From positions 1 to 64,000 of the forward strand of contig JALAGF010002059.1 in the NCBI GenBank assembly GCA_030167865.1: DNA of 64,000 nt, in the 5' to 3' direction. This DNA is from Craspedostauros australis. Its lineage: Eukaryota. A program made the position numbers and the translations under genes. The stretch's first letter is position 1. Each line of letters starts with the position of its first letter. The notes beneath the pieces were generated by a model that saw nothing but the letters and a program-made list of their open reading frames with translations, did no database searches and was not told the origin of the DNA. Below, piece by piece: positions 48,422-60,442 of the stretch.

Positions 48422-49312
48422 ATGGAAGTTGCAATGGCAACAACAGTAACGACGACAAGAACGGCAACACCACCACCACCACCAACAGCAACCACAATAC
48501 TCGTACCGCCAATCGGCACAATACAGGCAACGCCACAAACCAATCATTTCTTCCCAACACGAGCAACACACGAAGCAGACCGAATCATGCAGCATCACCA
48601 TCACATCGCCAGAGCCAGCGATAGCTTCACCAACGCAGCACCAGCAGCTGTTGGTGACGGCATGAAGTTCATCGCCAAGTCCAAACCAATCCCGATCGAG
48701 GGCATCATGAAGCGCTCACCGTCAGAGGTCGAGCTCCTCCGGCTCAAGAACCTCGAGGCCGAGTACCGCGATCACTGCCTCCTCACGCGCATCATCAACG
48801 GCGCTCATCATCACAAGCCATCTCAGGGGCACCGCCGTCCGAATCGACCACCCACGTTATCCGCCGCGATTCGCGCCAGTGACAGTCTGCGCCTGCACAG
48901 TGAGCACAACCCGTGCCACAGCGCACCCAAGCTGGCGCCACGACATCCATTCTCGCATCCCGATCCAGCGTGGCGGCGATATTGGGCCGACAGGGACAAC
49001 ATCATGTCCCAACGCCAACACCACTTGGAGACGGTGCAGGCCGCAGCCAGCCTCATCGAAGAGGATATGTTCCTTTGCTCCTCCTCTTCCGCCGCACAAC
49101 CGGCGACGATCGAACGAGAAGAAGACGAGGAGGAAGGCGACTATGATCAATTCTTCGACTACAATGATGGTAGCAACAACAACAACAACAACGATGGCAG
49201 CATGCATGACGACGGCGTGTTTGTCGAGGGGTTAGACAACGAGTACAATTCCATGAATCAGATGTGTGACGAAGACGGCTTCGATGAACCCATCTTCACG
49301 TTGGAGCTGTGA
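48422..49312 (+). CDS. Hypothetical, largely disordered protein with acidic C-terminus
   Basis: Long ORF with coding-like codon use. The core KRSPSEVEL..AEYRDHCLLTRIING and terminal IFTLEL resemble a family I recall from diatoms. The start is uncertain. Confidence 0.65.
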   Translation: MEVAMATTVTTTRTATPPPPPTATTILVPPIGTIQATPQTNHFFPTRATHEADRIMQHHHHIARASDSFTNAAPAAVGDGMKFIAKSKPIPIEGIMKRSPSEVELLRLKNLEAEYRDHCLLTRIINGAHHHKPSQGHRRPNRPPTLSAAIRASDSLRLHSEHNPCHSAPKLAPRHPFSHPDPAWRRYWADRDNIMSQRQHHLETVQAAASLIEEDMFLCSSSSAAQPATIEREEDEEEGDYDQFFDYNDGSNNNNNNDGSMHDDGVFVEGLDNEYNSMNQMCDEDGFDEPIFTLEL

Positions 49313-50066
49313 TGCTGCGGTGCAACGCTCTGCGATGCAACACGCCACAGTTTTGGGCATCAAGAGATGAGGCTTAGGTGGCAACAGCAAAAGCAACAAC
49401 ATGAGAAACAGGAGCGTCGACAGCAACATCATCAACAGGAACGCGGAACCGGATCATGCACGAACCGGCATGGCCGTGGAACATGAAAATATCAGAAATA
49501 GAACATTGAACATTGAACATCCGCTTCCACAAATGTGATGTCAACATCCCGGAAAGGTGGACAAATTTGCATTCCGCCACTCTGCACGGCTTGACCGGCC
49601 CACTTTCTGTGTTCGTTGCTCTGCGACGAAGTTGTGCCAACACGATCGTTTCATGTACTGGCGAAGAAGGGGCGTTTTTGGTTTCAATTTTGACTCGATA
49701 ACACGTCACAACACGTTGTGCTCTCCTCCAGCGGAAAATATGTAGCGAAGGCGTCAAGGGAGAATCTTTGTAGCAGCGCCAGATGGTCCCAATCCATCTT
49801 CTACCTCCATTGCCTCCTACGACTACACATGCTACTCCGTGTGAACAACCCAGTGCATCCGCGACCTTTCCTATTTTGGCGACTCCATACAGGATTGCTG
49901 TATCCAACCTTGAATCCTCGGATAGGACTTCGAATGTGCAAGAGGGCAGGATCCGATCGCCACAGCATTCACGGATTCTCGCTGCGAGGAATCAACTTCT
50001 GAAATCCTCACCTCTCCAGAGAGCGAAACTGGCCGAAAGTGTGCCCTCTCCTTCTTGCCCACCCAC

Positions 50067-53000
50067 CTACTGCCCATCACGGTCCAAGTTGAGAATCTTA
50101 CTGACATGAGCGATCTCGCGCAGCTTCAGCCTGGTAAAGGACGGATCCAATCGCCGCGGTGACGTATCGGTTCGTTCTGCAGAATCGATGATGCCCCCAT
50201 ACGCCGACGTCACGCGCGAAGGCAATCCGAATCGCGCAGATATACTCTCGTAGGCCGCAATGGCAACACCCAACTGAGTCGACACGCGCAGGGTGCGGAA
50301 CACGGACCCCTTGAAGAAGGACGATGGCCCTTCGTGCACGTACATGGCCCGACTGCAATCTCGCAAACCGGCGTACAGAGCCTCGCCTGGCCGCGGCGTG
50401 ACCTGCAACCTCGTCTTGACGACATCCGCCGGCGTCGTGATGAAGGATGCGGGGATGCCTGCGAGGAATCCTGCCACGAAGGTCTGGAAGGTGGGCGATA
50501 ACGTCTGCAACGCTGGCTCCATCGCGACGAATTCGCTCGTGATGACAAACGATGGGAAGTAGATGGCACCGAAGGGAATGTCACGCATGAGGCACGCGGC
50601 GGCACCTCGGTAAAGCCCCGACAGCTGCGCTTCCACAGCAACCTCGGAAAAGGACTTCAATTTGCTACGTGGGATTCCATAGGCCTCGAAGAGCCGTGCC
50701 GTTTCTCCAAGGGATTGCATCCGAATCTTCGCGATCTCCATTGGGTTGGTGACGAGCAGCTGGCATGCGCCAGCGCAGGCACCGGTGAGACCCTCCAGGA
50801 AGAGGGACGACGAGCGGCTGCGTTCGGTCCACAATGGCAGACCGCGCATAAGGTCTTGCACGCCGAACATGACGGTCAGCTCCGGTCCGATGGCCAGCAA
50901 CGGCGGCAGCATGCCCTTGTACAGACCGGCGAATCCTTCGTATCGCACCACCTTCTGCAGGCAGTCAACAGATTGCAGGTACAATCGCGACCCGCTCGGA
51001 CTGATGCGCTGATTCATCATTCGCGTCTTGACCAAGTCCAGCGGATACAGCGGCACGATGCTCAACCAACCAGCTGTCACTGCTGCTGCAAAGGTGGCGG
51101 ACATTTGGAAAAGCTGCGACAGCGGGTGTCGTTGGGTTGTCGCTGTCGTTCCTCCTGCTCCAATCAGAACCTGCGCACTCGTATCCGAATCTACATCCGC
51201 ACTTGCATTGGCTGGTAGCGTTGCTGTGAATGAATCTGCCGCGTCTGCTGTCAGTTTGTTCGCATCTGCCACGGACAGTATCATCGGCATCATCGTTGTT
51301 GCCGTCTGCTGATGAGGAATCCAGAACTCATCCCAGCTGTCATTGCGGCGATCAAGATGGAACATGTCCACCACCATGCGCGCATCGTCACGATTCATGC
51401 GATTGCCATCGTTGCGGCATGCCTGCAATAGCCGATGCGCGGAGATTGACCGGCCTTGATCTTTGCTCCAACGTCTCGTCTTGTCGATGCATTCCGCCCA
51501 ATGCGGCAAGTTCTGCATGGTACGTCTCATGGTGAGAAAATCACCGTAGCGAATATTCGTAGCCTGCGACTGCAAACGTGACTGGGACTGTGGTATTGAC
51601 GACGAATGTATCCTGCCGAGCGCAGGATCCTCCATGCGTGATGATACCATGGCCGTCGCGTACGCTCCCAGCAGTTCTTGCACAGATGGATGCATGGGGC
51701 CATCGGCATACCGCGTGAGCATCTCTATGGCTTCTTTTGTGGTGATCGTCGCTGTTGGATGTTGCGAATACGCTGCAGACCAAAATGCCTGAGCGCTGAG
51801 CTCCGATTTGAGCTGATCAAAGAAGGCATCAAACTGCTGCCGTCGCAGAATGCCATCATCGCCTTCCGTAGCGCCGAAATGACGATCGAGAAATGGCGCT
51901 GCCGTGCCGTCAAACTGTCGCATCAAGCGCACCATGTCGGCCCTATGGATCTTGCCATCCCGCTGCAGGATTGCAAAGGCAACGTCCAGCTCTGCATCTG
52001 GTTGCGACAGCAAGAATGCGAGGCGCGCGCGATTGTTGTTGTTCGCCCGTGGCGCTTTCGAGGTGTCATCGATGTCCAGCACTTTCATCAATGTCGATGT
52101 GACGGAAGGCATGTCGAGATCGGATAATTCATCGGTTGGGGTCGAAGACGAAGAATCTTCTGACTCGTCACCAGTCTGTGCTGAATCACTGTTGCTGCTG
52201 TCGTCGCTGGCGATTTTAGGTGCTGCGCAAAATTCCCGCAAGCACGTCTCCAAGGTTGCTGGTATAGTGTTGGATGGTTGCTGCGACGGAGCTTCTGCTT
52301 CCTCTTGGACGTCGTCGTCGGCGCTCTGAGCTTTGGGAAGATCCGATGCTGTTTGCGCATCAACGCTTGCGAATAGCGATTGATGTTCCACAGCCGCGCA
52401 CGTCAGCTCGGCGCATGCGACAATCGACGCATCGTGCGGATACTTGTACAGGAAGCAATGCTCGTTGATAGCATCGCCTGGATGCAGAGTTCTGACGCGT
52501 TGTTGCCCATGGTAAACGCCGGCTGTGCCTTCCTGGATGATGTACAGCATGAGCGGATGTTCCGAGTTGGCGTCGGATTCCGCATTCGAAGCATGATCGC
52601 TATCATTGCCAACGTCGCCACTGTTGCTGGTGGTACCATCGTCGACATGCAATGGATTCGTGTCCGTTGTTGGCGATGTTTGGTCTCCACCGTCGCTTTC
52701 TTGATTGAACACAGTTGCGTCAGCAGCATTGCCACCACTATCCTTCTGCTTCACATTATCCCGCCCAGCGCTGTGGCCACCATCCATCTCACTTTCATCG
52801 TGCATCTCTTCCATATACTCCAGCAATTCATCTGCATCCGCCATGCCACCATCGACGCTGTTGCGTCGTCGGTGTCTCATTTTGTGAATGGCCAACATGC
52901 GGAACTCCTGCAGATCCACTTCGTCTGGAGACGATGCGTAATTCTCCAAGTGCAACACGGTGAAGGGTTGGAAGATGACCTTGCGAGCCTCAAATCTGGT

Positions 53001-53282
53001 GTTGCAGAGACGCGACGCAGAGTTGAGTCGGATGTCGCGCGGGTACGTCAAGATGGTGTCTCCGCTGTCTCGTTGCAGGATCGTTGGTGCCGGTTCCTCA
53101 TGATTGGCCTTTGTCTGACTTGTGTTGCTGCTCTCGATCTCTTCGCTGGCAATCACGGGATCGTGATGCTGATCGTTGCCATCATTGGCATTTGCAGTTG
53201 CCTTTGTTGCAACAGCCGCACTTCCGTCACCGTCAGCCACAGATTGATGGCCATCGGCATTATCGTTGGTTTCGTTCGTCAT
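50067..53282 (-). CDS. Aralar/citrin (SLC25A12/13)-like mitochondrial carrier with degenerate EF-hand region and extra cNMP-binding-like domain
   Basis: 1071 aa. Three carrier signatures PLDLVKTRM, PMEIAKIRM and PADVVKTRL, plus RDIPFGAIYF and KVVRYEGFAGLYKG. Aralar-like helical N-domain. LYIIQEG..V..LHPGD..E..PHDASIVA. Confidence 0.85.
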   Translation of the reverse strand: MTNETNDNADGHQSVADGDGSAAVATKATANANDGNDQHHDPVIASEEIESSNTSQTKANHEEPAPTILQRDSGDTILTYPRDIRLNSASRLCNTRFEARKVIFQPFTVLHLENYASSPDEVDLQEFRMLAIHKMRHRRRNSVDGGMADADELLEYMEEMHDESEMDGGHSAGRDNVKQKDSGGNAADATVFNQESDGGDQTSPTTDTNPLHVDDGTTSNSGDVGNDSDHASNAESDANSEHPLMLYIIQEGTAGVYHGQQRVRTLHPGDAINEHCFLYKYPHDASIVACAELTCAAVEHQSLFASVDAQTASDLPKAQSADDDVQEEAEAPSQQPSNTIPATLETCLREFCAAPKIASDDSSNSDSAQTGDESEDSSSSTPTDELSDLDMPSVTSTLMKVLDIDDTSKAPRANNNNRARLAFLLSQPDAELDVAFAILQRDGKIHRADMVRLMRQFDGTAAPFLDRHFGATEGDDGILRRQQFDAFFDQLKSELSAQAFWSAAYSQHPTATITTKEAIEMLTRYADGPMHPSVQELLGAYATAMVSSRMEDPALGRIHSSSIPQSQSRLQSQATNIRYGDFLTMRRTMQNLPHWAECIDKTRRWSKDQGRSISAHRLLQACRNDGNRMNRDDARMVVDMFHLDRRNDSWDEFWIPHQQTATTMMPMILSVADANKLTADAADSFTATLPANASADVDSDTSAQVLIGAGGTTATTQRHPLSQLFQMSATFAAAVTAGWLSIVPLYPLDLVKTRMMNQRISPSGSRLYLQSVDCLQKVVRYEGFAGLYKGMLPPLLAIGPELTVMFGVQDLMRGLPLWTERSRSSSLFLEGLTGACAGACQLLVTNPMEIAKIRMQSLGETARLFEAYGIPRSKLKSFSEVAVEAQLSGLYRGAAACLMRDIPFGAIYFPSFVITSEFVAMEPALQTLSPTFQTFVAGFLAGIPASFITTPADVVKTRLQVTPRPGEALYAGLRDCSRAMYVHEGPSSFFKGSVFRTLRVSTQLGVAIAAYESISARFGLPSRVTSAYGGIIDSAERTDTSPRRLDPSFTRLKLREIAHVSKILNLDRDGQ

Positions 53283-54028
53283 AGCTTCAATCAGTCGATC
53301 AGTCAGTCGATCAGTCCGTCTCCACCTTTCTGTCGATCTCGGTTGATGGGTGTTATAGTCGTGAAGTGCTTTCGTTGTGGATGCTGCAATCTGTGCTCTG
53401 AGTTATGCTCGGCGCTGCTCCTTCGGATCCTTTCATTCCGCACAGAGGAGGAGTGCATCTGCAGATCGTATTGTGCTTGCGCTCGTGCTCGTTTCTGTGG
53501 TGCCGTGTTGGATCGGGGATGGGTTTGGGAAGTTGCGTTGGTGGTCGTGTTTCGATCTTTTTGGTTGTTCTTCTTCTGTTCGTTTTTGTGGTGAGGTTCG
53601 CTTTTGGCTTGGAAATGTGGAAACGGACATACGGACAGACGTGTGCAGTACAGATCCAAGACGAGTGTAGACCAGAACAGAATGGAGAGCCGAAGAAAGG
53701 TTCTGATCGCATTGATGCGTGGGTTCGCCTGTTGCGAGACAGCGTCCAGCGTAGCTAGGAGGACAACATCTTCTACTCCTCATGGAATGTATGGTATTCT
53801 ATCATGCAAAGATGCATGGTGTTGCTAACTTATCAACTTGTATCTGCATCTGAGGTTCCTTTCCTTCGAGTGTGCGTGTGTCCATGAAATGCTTTCCAAG
53901 ATCCGTGCCCGTGTGTATGTTCCCAATCGAAGACACGAAAGCATGACACCATGCCGGCCGCGCCCTGCCGCGTCATCATTCGTTCGTGCAGAATCGGAAT
54001 CAAGCACATCAATCAACACATCAAGCAC

Positions 54029-54823
54029 TCAAACATACTGATTGCAAGCACGAATGGCGATCTCCCCGGACGTGCAGAGCTCCTTGGTGTATTGCTCGAC
54101 CAGCGCGACAGTCTGGTTCTGCAGCTCCTGGTTGATTCCGAAGAACCACAGACCTTCGTAGAACGCGAACAGCGGCGCGACGGTGATGGCGCCGCTCAGA
54201 GATTGCATCAGGGCTGGCTTGGCACCCTCGAAGATGCTGTGTCCGAGGTGGATTTGGATGTACCACGCAAACACATGCAGGGCGAAGGCGTACGCGAAGA
54301 CGCGGCCCGTGCCGTACCAGGGCACGGACGTTGCCACCTTCTCGTCCGTCTTCTTGGCCAGCGCATGGGCGGCCGCGCGTTGGTCGTTCTCGTAGAAGTA
54401 CTTGGCCGTCGCGTACATGGCATACAGGAACGGGGTGTACATGAGCGCACCGAAGGCGTCGATGGAGAGGTAGTACACGAGGTAGAAAGTGCAGCACGCC
54501 AGATTCCACGTGAGGGCGGGATGCTTCGCGCCGATCACGGGCAGCGGCAGGAACGCGAAGAAGATGAGCGCGGTGTAGATGATGCCGGGCACTCCGAAGA
54601 AGTGGATGAGCTGATTCCAGGGATCCGCGTGGTAGACTCCGTAGAAGGCCAAGGCGCCCTTGATGTCGTCGAATTGGGAGATGGCCTTCAGCATGTTCAC
54701 GAACACGAACGTGGCGAAGACCTGCGACGCGGTGAAGGCCGACAACAACGCGCGATCGTTGCTGGGGGCGATGCTGGGGGTCGCCTGGGCGGCCGTGGCG
54801 GTGCTGGTGCTTGTCTTGCTCAT
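54029..54823 (-). CDS. Mpo1/DUF962 family ER membrane protein (2-hydroxy fatty acid dioxygenase-like)
   Basis: FYGVYH.DPWNQLIHFFGVP, WYIQIHLGHSIFEGAKPAL, APLFAFYE; several TM segments. Confidence 0.9.
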   Translation of the reverse strand: MSKTSTSTATAAQATPSIAPSNDRALLSAFTASQVFATFVFVNMLKAISQFDDIKGALAFYGVYHADPWNQLIHFFGVPGIIYTALIFFAFLPLPVIGAKHPALTWNLACCTFYLVYYLSIDAFGALMYTPFLYAMYATAKYFYENDQRAAAHALAKKTDEKVATSVPWYGTGRVFAYAFALHVFAWYIQIHLGHSIFEGAKPALMQSLSGAITVAPLFAFYEGLWFFGINQELQNQTVALVEQYTKELCTSGEIAIRACNQYV

Positions 54824-56272
54824 GGTGCTCTCCTCGAAGTCTCTTTGATGGTTTTTGTGGCTGGTTGGACGTCGTCGACGATTCAGGTTGTTGATGATTC
54901 AGGTTGCTGATGCTTCTCTCGGGTGGCAATTGCGTCTGCAATGGTGATGTTCTGACAACTGATCGATGACAGCCTCGATCAATCAAGAGCAGGATCACAG
55001 CACGACCAGATCAGAACAGGATCAGAACAGAATCGGAATCGAATTGTGCAGAGTGCGCGACGATACCTCCTTCTGTTCTCTTTCTCACATTCGGAGACTG
55101 GTCGAGCATGCGGATTGTTCTCTCATCGTTCTCCTTGCGCACCTCTGATGTCTCTCTTGTGCAGAATGCGTGCTGTCCGCAAGCAAAGAATTCAGAACGT
55201 TCTTCCGTGTTTCTGCTGCTTTTCGAACAACCGCAAAAACAAAAAGCACGAGCATTCGTCTGTTGTCGTCCTTGTCATGCTTCAATAGTACTGAGTTAGT
55301 TACTTATATTCATGACCCGTAACCATGACTGCGATCATCATCGTTCACGCTCGTGTTTGAAATGTTGATTCGCTCTTGTGTCTCACCACCTCACGCGTGC
55401 TGGTCATTTGTCTCAGAAACACTACTTCTTGTTGGCTCCCCCATGACTGGCATGAGTCATGTGGAAATGAAGAACGCGATCAGCTCCCGTACAACACCAC
55501 CGGTGCCCCAGCATGGTTAGTTCGTTCGTATGATGCGAAGTGTTGAATGTCATCGATGCAGTTGATCGAGGATAAGTATTTGGATCACAGAGCGCGCTGG
55601 ATCGTATCAGCGGTGCACAAACGACAGAAATCGTGCGAACTTGGAGAACTGGACGAAGGACATCGAATGCAAAGTTGAGTGTCTGTTGGGTCCATGATGC
55701 CAAATAGGCAACGTGAATGAAGTTAAATGGCGCTTGTTGAGGTTGTGTGCGGCCTTCACTGACTTTTTCCATTGTTGTCATTTCAAAGAGACGGTTAGTT
55801 ATTGCTGTGTCTGCGACAGAGGATCGGACTGGCACAAGACACTACCCAAGAGTGAGAAATGTCATTTCTGTCTGTCCAACTGGCACGAGTGGGACATCAG
55901 AAACCTGTTGGGCAACAAAGGTAAAGTCTTTGGCGGAAGAGCGAACTCACCTGACAAGCCCCCTCCCTCCCAACCCAGAACTCGAACTTGAACAAGACCA
56001 ACAAACGTGGCCGCAAGCCAACGTCAACACCAACATCAACCGCGCTTGTTAGTGGCAGCATGGGGCAGCGAAAACAAGACACGACAAACCCAGAGCACGC
56101 CATTCGTCCACCACCGGAAAGACCAGAACAAACAAGACGGCGACATCACGGAACAGCAAGACACAGAACAACCTCGCTGATCGTCTTTCTTTCACAAGCA
56201 CGACCGCAAGCACGAGCACAACCGTAACACCACAGCGTCATCGACCAAGACCCGTCGTCTTTTCTGCACATT

Positions 56273-56320
56273 CATTCATCAAGCCATCCATCAAGGCATC
56301 CATCGAGACATCCATCAATT
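56273..56320 (+). repeat. Degenerate 12-bp tandem repeat (CATCCATCAAG-like) x4
   Basis: cattcatcaagc catccatcaagg catccatcgaga catccatcaatt. Confidence 0.75.
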
Positions 56321-56437
56321 CAGGCTTTGTTCATCTCATAAAAAGCAACTCGGCATCTCTACTGACACAAAGCAACGCAATCCAAAGCAACGAACAGCAA
56401 CGCCAACACAGCCCAACGCAATCCCAAATCCAGAGCC

Positions 56438-57701
56438 ATGCCACCATCATCCACACGAAGATCACCAGAACGAGCCACCACAGCGATGGACTACGGGTAC
56501 GGTTCCGCAGTTCCGGACTCCGAGATGGAGAGACCACGGCGAATCCAGCCACGCCGCAGCTCCTCCTCCAGCAGCAGCTCCTCAAAACGATGGGACGATA
56601 CCACGGACGTCGAGATGAAGGACGTGACACCGTTGGCACCAGTCAAGAAGGCCTCCATGAACAACAGTGCCGACATGTACGGCTACGGCGATGCCGCACC
56701 AGACAGCAACGAACATGGCCCATCGTCCAGCAACAACCAGTTCAGAACGCCCATGCGCCAGGCTCGTCGCAGCTCCATGAAGAGCGGACGTGGATCGTCG
56801 AGAAGGGCATCCATCGGATGTAAGTCTGCTGCTGCGCAACTCTCGTCCTGTCTGTTGGACTTTTTCGGCCCGCAGGCTTTTCTGCGTCCCCGTCTGTCGT
56901 CTGTCGTCTCTTGATTGATTGATTGGCTGATTGGTCGATTGACAGACAGAGAAGTGTCCTGCCATCGACGCCGATTGTCTCTCACGCACACTCTTGTTCC
57001 ATTCACGGTCGCGCCTCAACACAAACGCCAACACCAACCACAATCTTCTTCGTGCTCGATTCCATGTCTGCTCTCCGCATGTCTGGTCCACCATTCCACG
57101 AACACGAACACGTACACGTTCACGTTCACGTACACGTACACGAACAAACCAATCATCACACACAACCACCCGAACCCATTCCCATTCCATCCAAACAGAC
57201 ACTGGAGAAATCACAATCCAGCTTCCTGGCAAATCGAAGCCGGTCCGCCGCAGAACATCCATCAGCTTTGCTTCCGAAGACGAGGTCTGCGAGGTCACCC
57301 CAGCCAAGGACATGTCCCCAACCCAAAACCTCTGGTTCTCGAACGAGGAGAGCAGCGCCATCCGTGAGAAGTGCAGCTTCCTCGTCGAGCTCATGCGCGC
57401 TTCCGAGAGCCACCCAGATGCCCGCGAGGCCATCCGCCATTACAACATCCGCGGGCTCGAGAGCCACGTCGAACCAGGTCCATCCGTCGAGCAAGATCAG
57501 GCATGGTACTCCGTCTTCCTCGAGCAGTATTTGCAGCGCAACGAAGGCGTCTTCGATGATACCGTCATCTCCCAGGCCTACCAACGCAACACCTTCCAGA
57601 GCCAGCAGATTGCCCAGGATCGTGCCCAGCAGGATGCTCAGGAGATTCAAACGTACACGAAGAGCGTGCGACGACAGATGCGTCGCATGTCCTTGATGTG
57701 A
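56438..57701 (+). CDS. Hypothetical protein (RRxS-rich, 'RGLE' motif family); exons 56438-56819 and 57199-57701
   Basis: Intron GTAAGT(56820)..CAG(57198) gives RRASIGYTGEITIQLPG..RRRTSISF..V..LWF..EE..IRGLE..VFLEQ..Y..A..RA..D, a pattern I recall from a diatom-expanded family. Confidence 0.75.
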
Positions 57702-60442
57702 GCAGCAGCGTGCCTGATCCCATCAGCGCTGCGGCATCCGGATGATGCAACCAGCAACAACAACATCACCACCACCTGAGATATGTGGCATTCACATGGA
57801 GGACGATAGAGAGTACAGTGACAAGAGAATATGATGATAGAGACATACACAACGGTTGGAGCCGAAGTAGCAGGCGCGGAAGCAGCCGCAGCAACAACGC
57901 TACTACCCATCCCAACCCCAACACACAACAGGAACCGCCAAGGGACATTGGACCACGGCAACAATCGCAGCACAAACGTTCAATTTAAGTATAATACACA
58001 ACACCACACATGTAACAGAAGCAGCAGCAGCGGTAATACTTCCGTGGAACCGGACCGAAACCGTGATTTGTTCCATTTCTTGCTGATGAACCGGTTTCTT
58101 CTCCACGAGGCACGTGTCCTGGCACTGTGATGCCTCGCGATTCTCTGGTGGTCCATCGCGGGTCCGAGACTCATCGAAGGGGCATGTACACGTGATTCCC
58201 ACTGCGACGGAGAAGCACAAACTCACTGAGTGATCATGGGCCACTATGCTTGTCTGCGAATGCATTCGGCAAGATTGGATTGGTGAGGGACCTACAGCAA
58301 TTTGTACGAGACTCTCCGAAATGCGTATTCTTGAGGAGCACGAAAGCCCCAAGCTCCACTGAACTATTCTCATTGCGCTGCCCAATGTCTCTTCTCCCTC
58401 TGCTGCAGAATCACTCCAGGGAGTGCTCGTGCGCATGCAAGAGCCCTGGGCGCAGATTCGCTATCAAACGTCGCCGCCTCGAAGTTCTCAACCTCTCCGG
58501 TTGTGACCAACTTTGCGGACTGGTTGAAGAGCAACTGGTGTTCAGATTGCGTTCAACGGCGAAGAGTTTGCCGCAGAGCAAGACTCCACAGCGACTTTGC
58601 TTCATTTACCTATCCTTGGAGTTATTCGTACCTGATCCGTGCAAGAGAGAGAGAGAGAGAGAGAGCCTGATCGTGACTTGCGGCTACTTTGCGGCTTCTC
58701 CTCCGAAAGGTCCTGCTTTCTCAAAGCGTGAACAGGTCATGAGGCGCAGTGGGCGCGCGGGGGATGATTGTCTCCGGCTCATGGCAGGGAAATAGAAACG
58801 CAGTGGTGCGCAACATCAAACAGAAACACTGTGATTGGGATTGTAATGCGACCCGTAGGAAAAACGTATGCAGTGCCACTCCTGCATTGCGCATGCCGTA
58901 AATCCTTCAGAGAGCACATGATGATGCAAACCGAATGGATGCGTTCACAATTGCGTTCTCAGGGAGTGTTGAGAGTGCGATACTTGCGGCGGTGTAGCGA
59001 ACGCTGCGACTGGGACGCACCTTTGTGCCGAAAGGATATTTGGTGCTCTGTTGAGCGTGACTGCAAGTGCGCATAGGAGCTGGTGTGCGGTGCCCTGTTC
59101 GTGTGGTGCTTGGCGACATTGCTCCATGCTGCGGTGATGGCTTTTCTCGATTTTGTGACGAGCCGAGTTCTGCGCACGTTCACAATCACAATGCTTCCAA
59201 AGAAGCTTGTTCTGCAAGAATGGTAGAAGTGTGATGTGTTCTTTGGAGAACCTCGCCGTTCGCTATTGCCCTCAAATCTCCGAATTGAGCGGTATTGATA
59301 CTGCGGTTCAGAATAGTTTGTGAACGATCCCGTCGAAGAATCACCAACGTTCAAAACACGACTGGGATTGAAGAACGTGGAGAACAGAGAAGGTTTATCC
59401 TTGTCACACTCTCGTCCACGCTGTGCCAAAGAAGGGAGGTCTTCATGCTTGGTGGGAAAGATGCTGCTCATCGGTTTTTGCGATGGACGCTTCATTGGTA
59501 GCCAGACAGTCACAGTGGGTGAGGGACGCACGAACTGCCCTCGACATGGACACTCCGTCGAACAGTGGAATCGCATGTTCGGAGTCTGTCGCAAGCGCTA
59601 ACCTCAACCACAACCCCACAGGTACAAGCGCGCACCAACGTCTTCGTCACGTAGGCGGGGTGCTGTATTGGGATAAGTATCAAGTTGCGAACCCACGGAG
59701 CCAGGTGGTCAGCCACAAAATGCACGCACAGGCGACCATGGTGGTTGCTCGAGGGCAGACGCGTGGTGTCATTTGCTCGGCCGCGCAAGTTCGAGATTTC
59801 AGATCATCGTCTTCCTCAACATGTGTGGATACGCTGCCATTTCGAGCGTCCTCGCATGCGTTATATCATATCATACCATTTGAACTATGGCAAGATCGAC
59901 CAGGAATCAAGACCACGAAGATGCCAGCGCATGGCTTCACACTTGCACTGCATGCGCCTTTGGAGATCAGAAAAATAGCAGTTGCCTGTGTCCTCGTATC
60001 CGTGTGATACCATGCCATGCTCCCTCCTCTATCTGATCATCGGTGCCAGCATGTCACATCTTTACGCATGACAAAGGTGTTCTGCCAGTGCCATGCATGC
60101 CCTGGATGTCCGCCGGTACCAGAACAGGAAACGAAGTTTCTTCTTGTCTCTCTGCCTGTGCTTGGGATCCACGAGAGAATGACAGAGGACAGCCGATTGG
60201 TCGTATGAAAGCGTGGAGCCTCTTCGGGAGGTCGGATACTTTTTGGTATGATAAAATACCATACGTGCATGTCGGTTTACTGGCAAGCGAGGCCACGTGT
60301 TAGTGTATGTAGACATTGTGACATTATGCAGAGTGTCGGTGGCAAATGTATCGAATATTGGATTATCAATCAATCACAAGGATCGTGTGTGAGGTACTCC
60401 CCTTTGGTCACAGAAGATCTTGGGCTCTACCTGAAACAAGCT

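Noticed and set aside
2721-54823. Lipid-metabolism gene cluster (FadH, LMF, patatin, Mpo1)
   Set aside because: Genes are scattered over 50 kb among unrelated genes and target different compartments.
57097-57143. (CACGWW)n hexamer run, and similar (ATATTC)n, (CATTC)n and (GA)n runs elsewhere
   Set aside because: Ordinary intronic or intergenic microsatellites, abundant throughout the window.
58250-58795. 181-aa ORF containing one LRR-like word (LEVLNLSGCDQL)
   Set aside because: Single isolated motif, non-ATG start, and it runs through a GA microsatellite; insufficient for a gene call.
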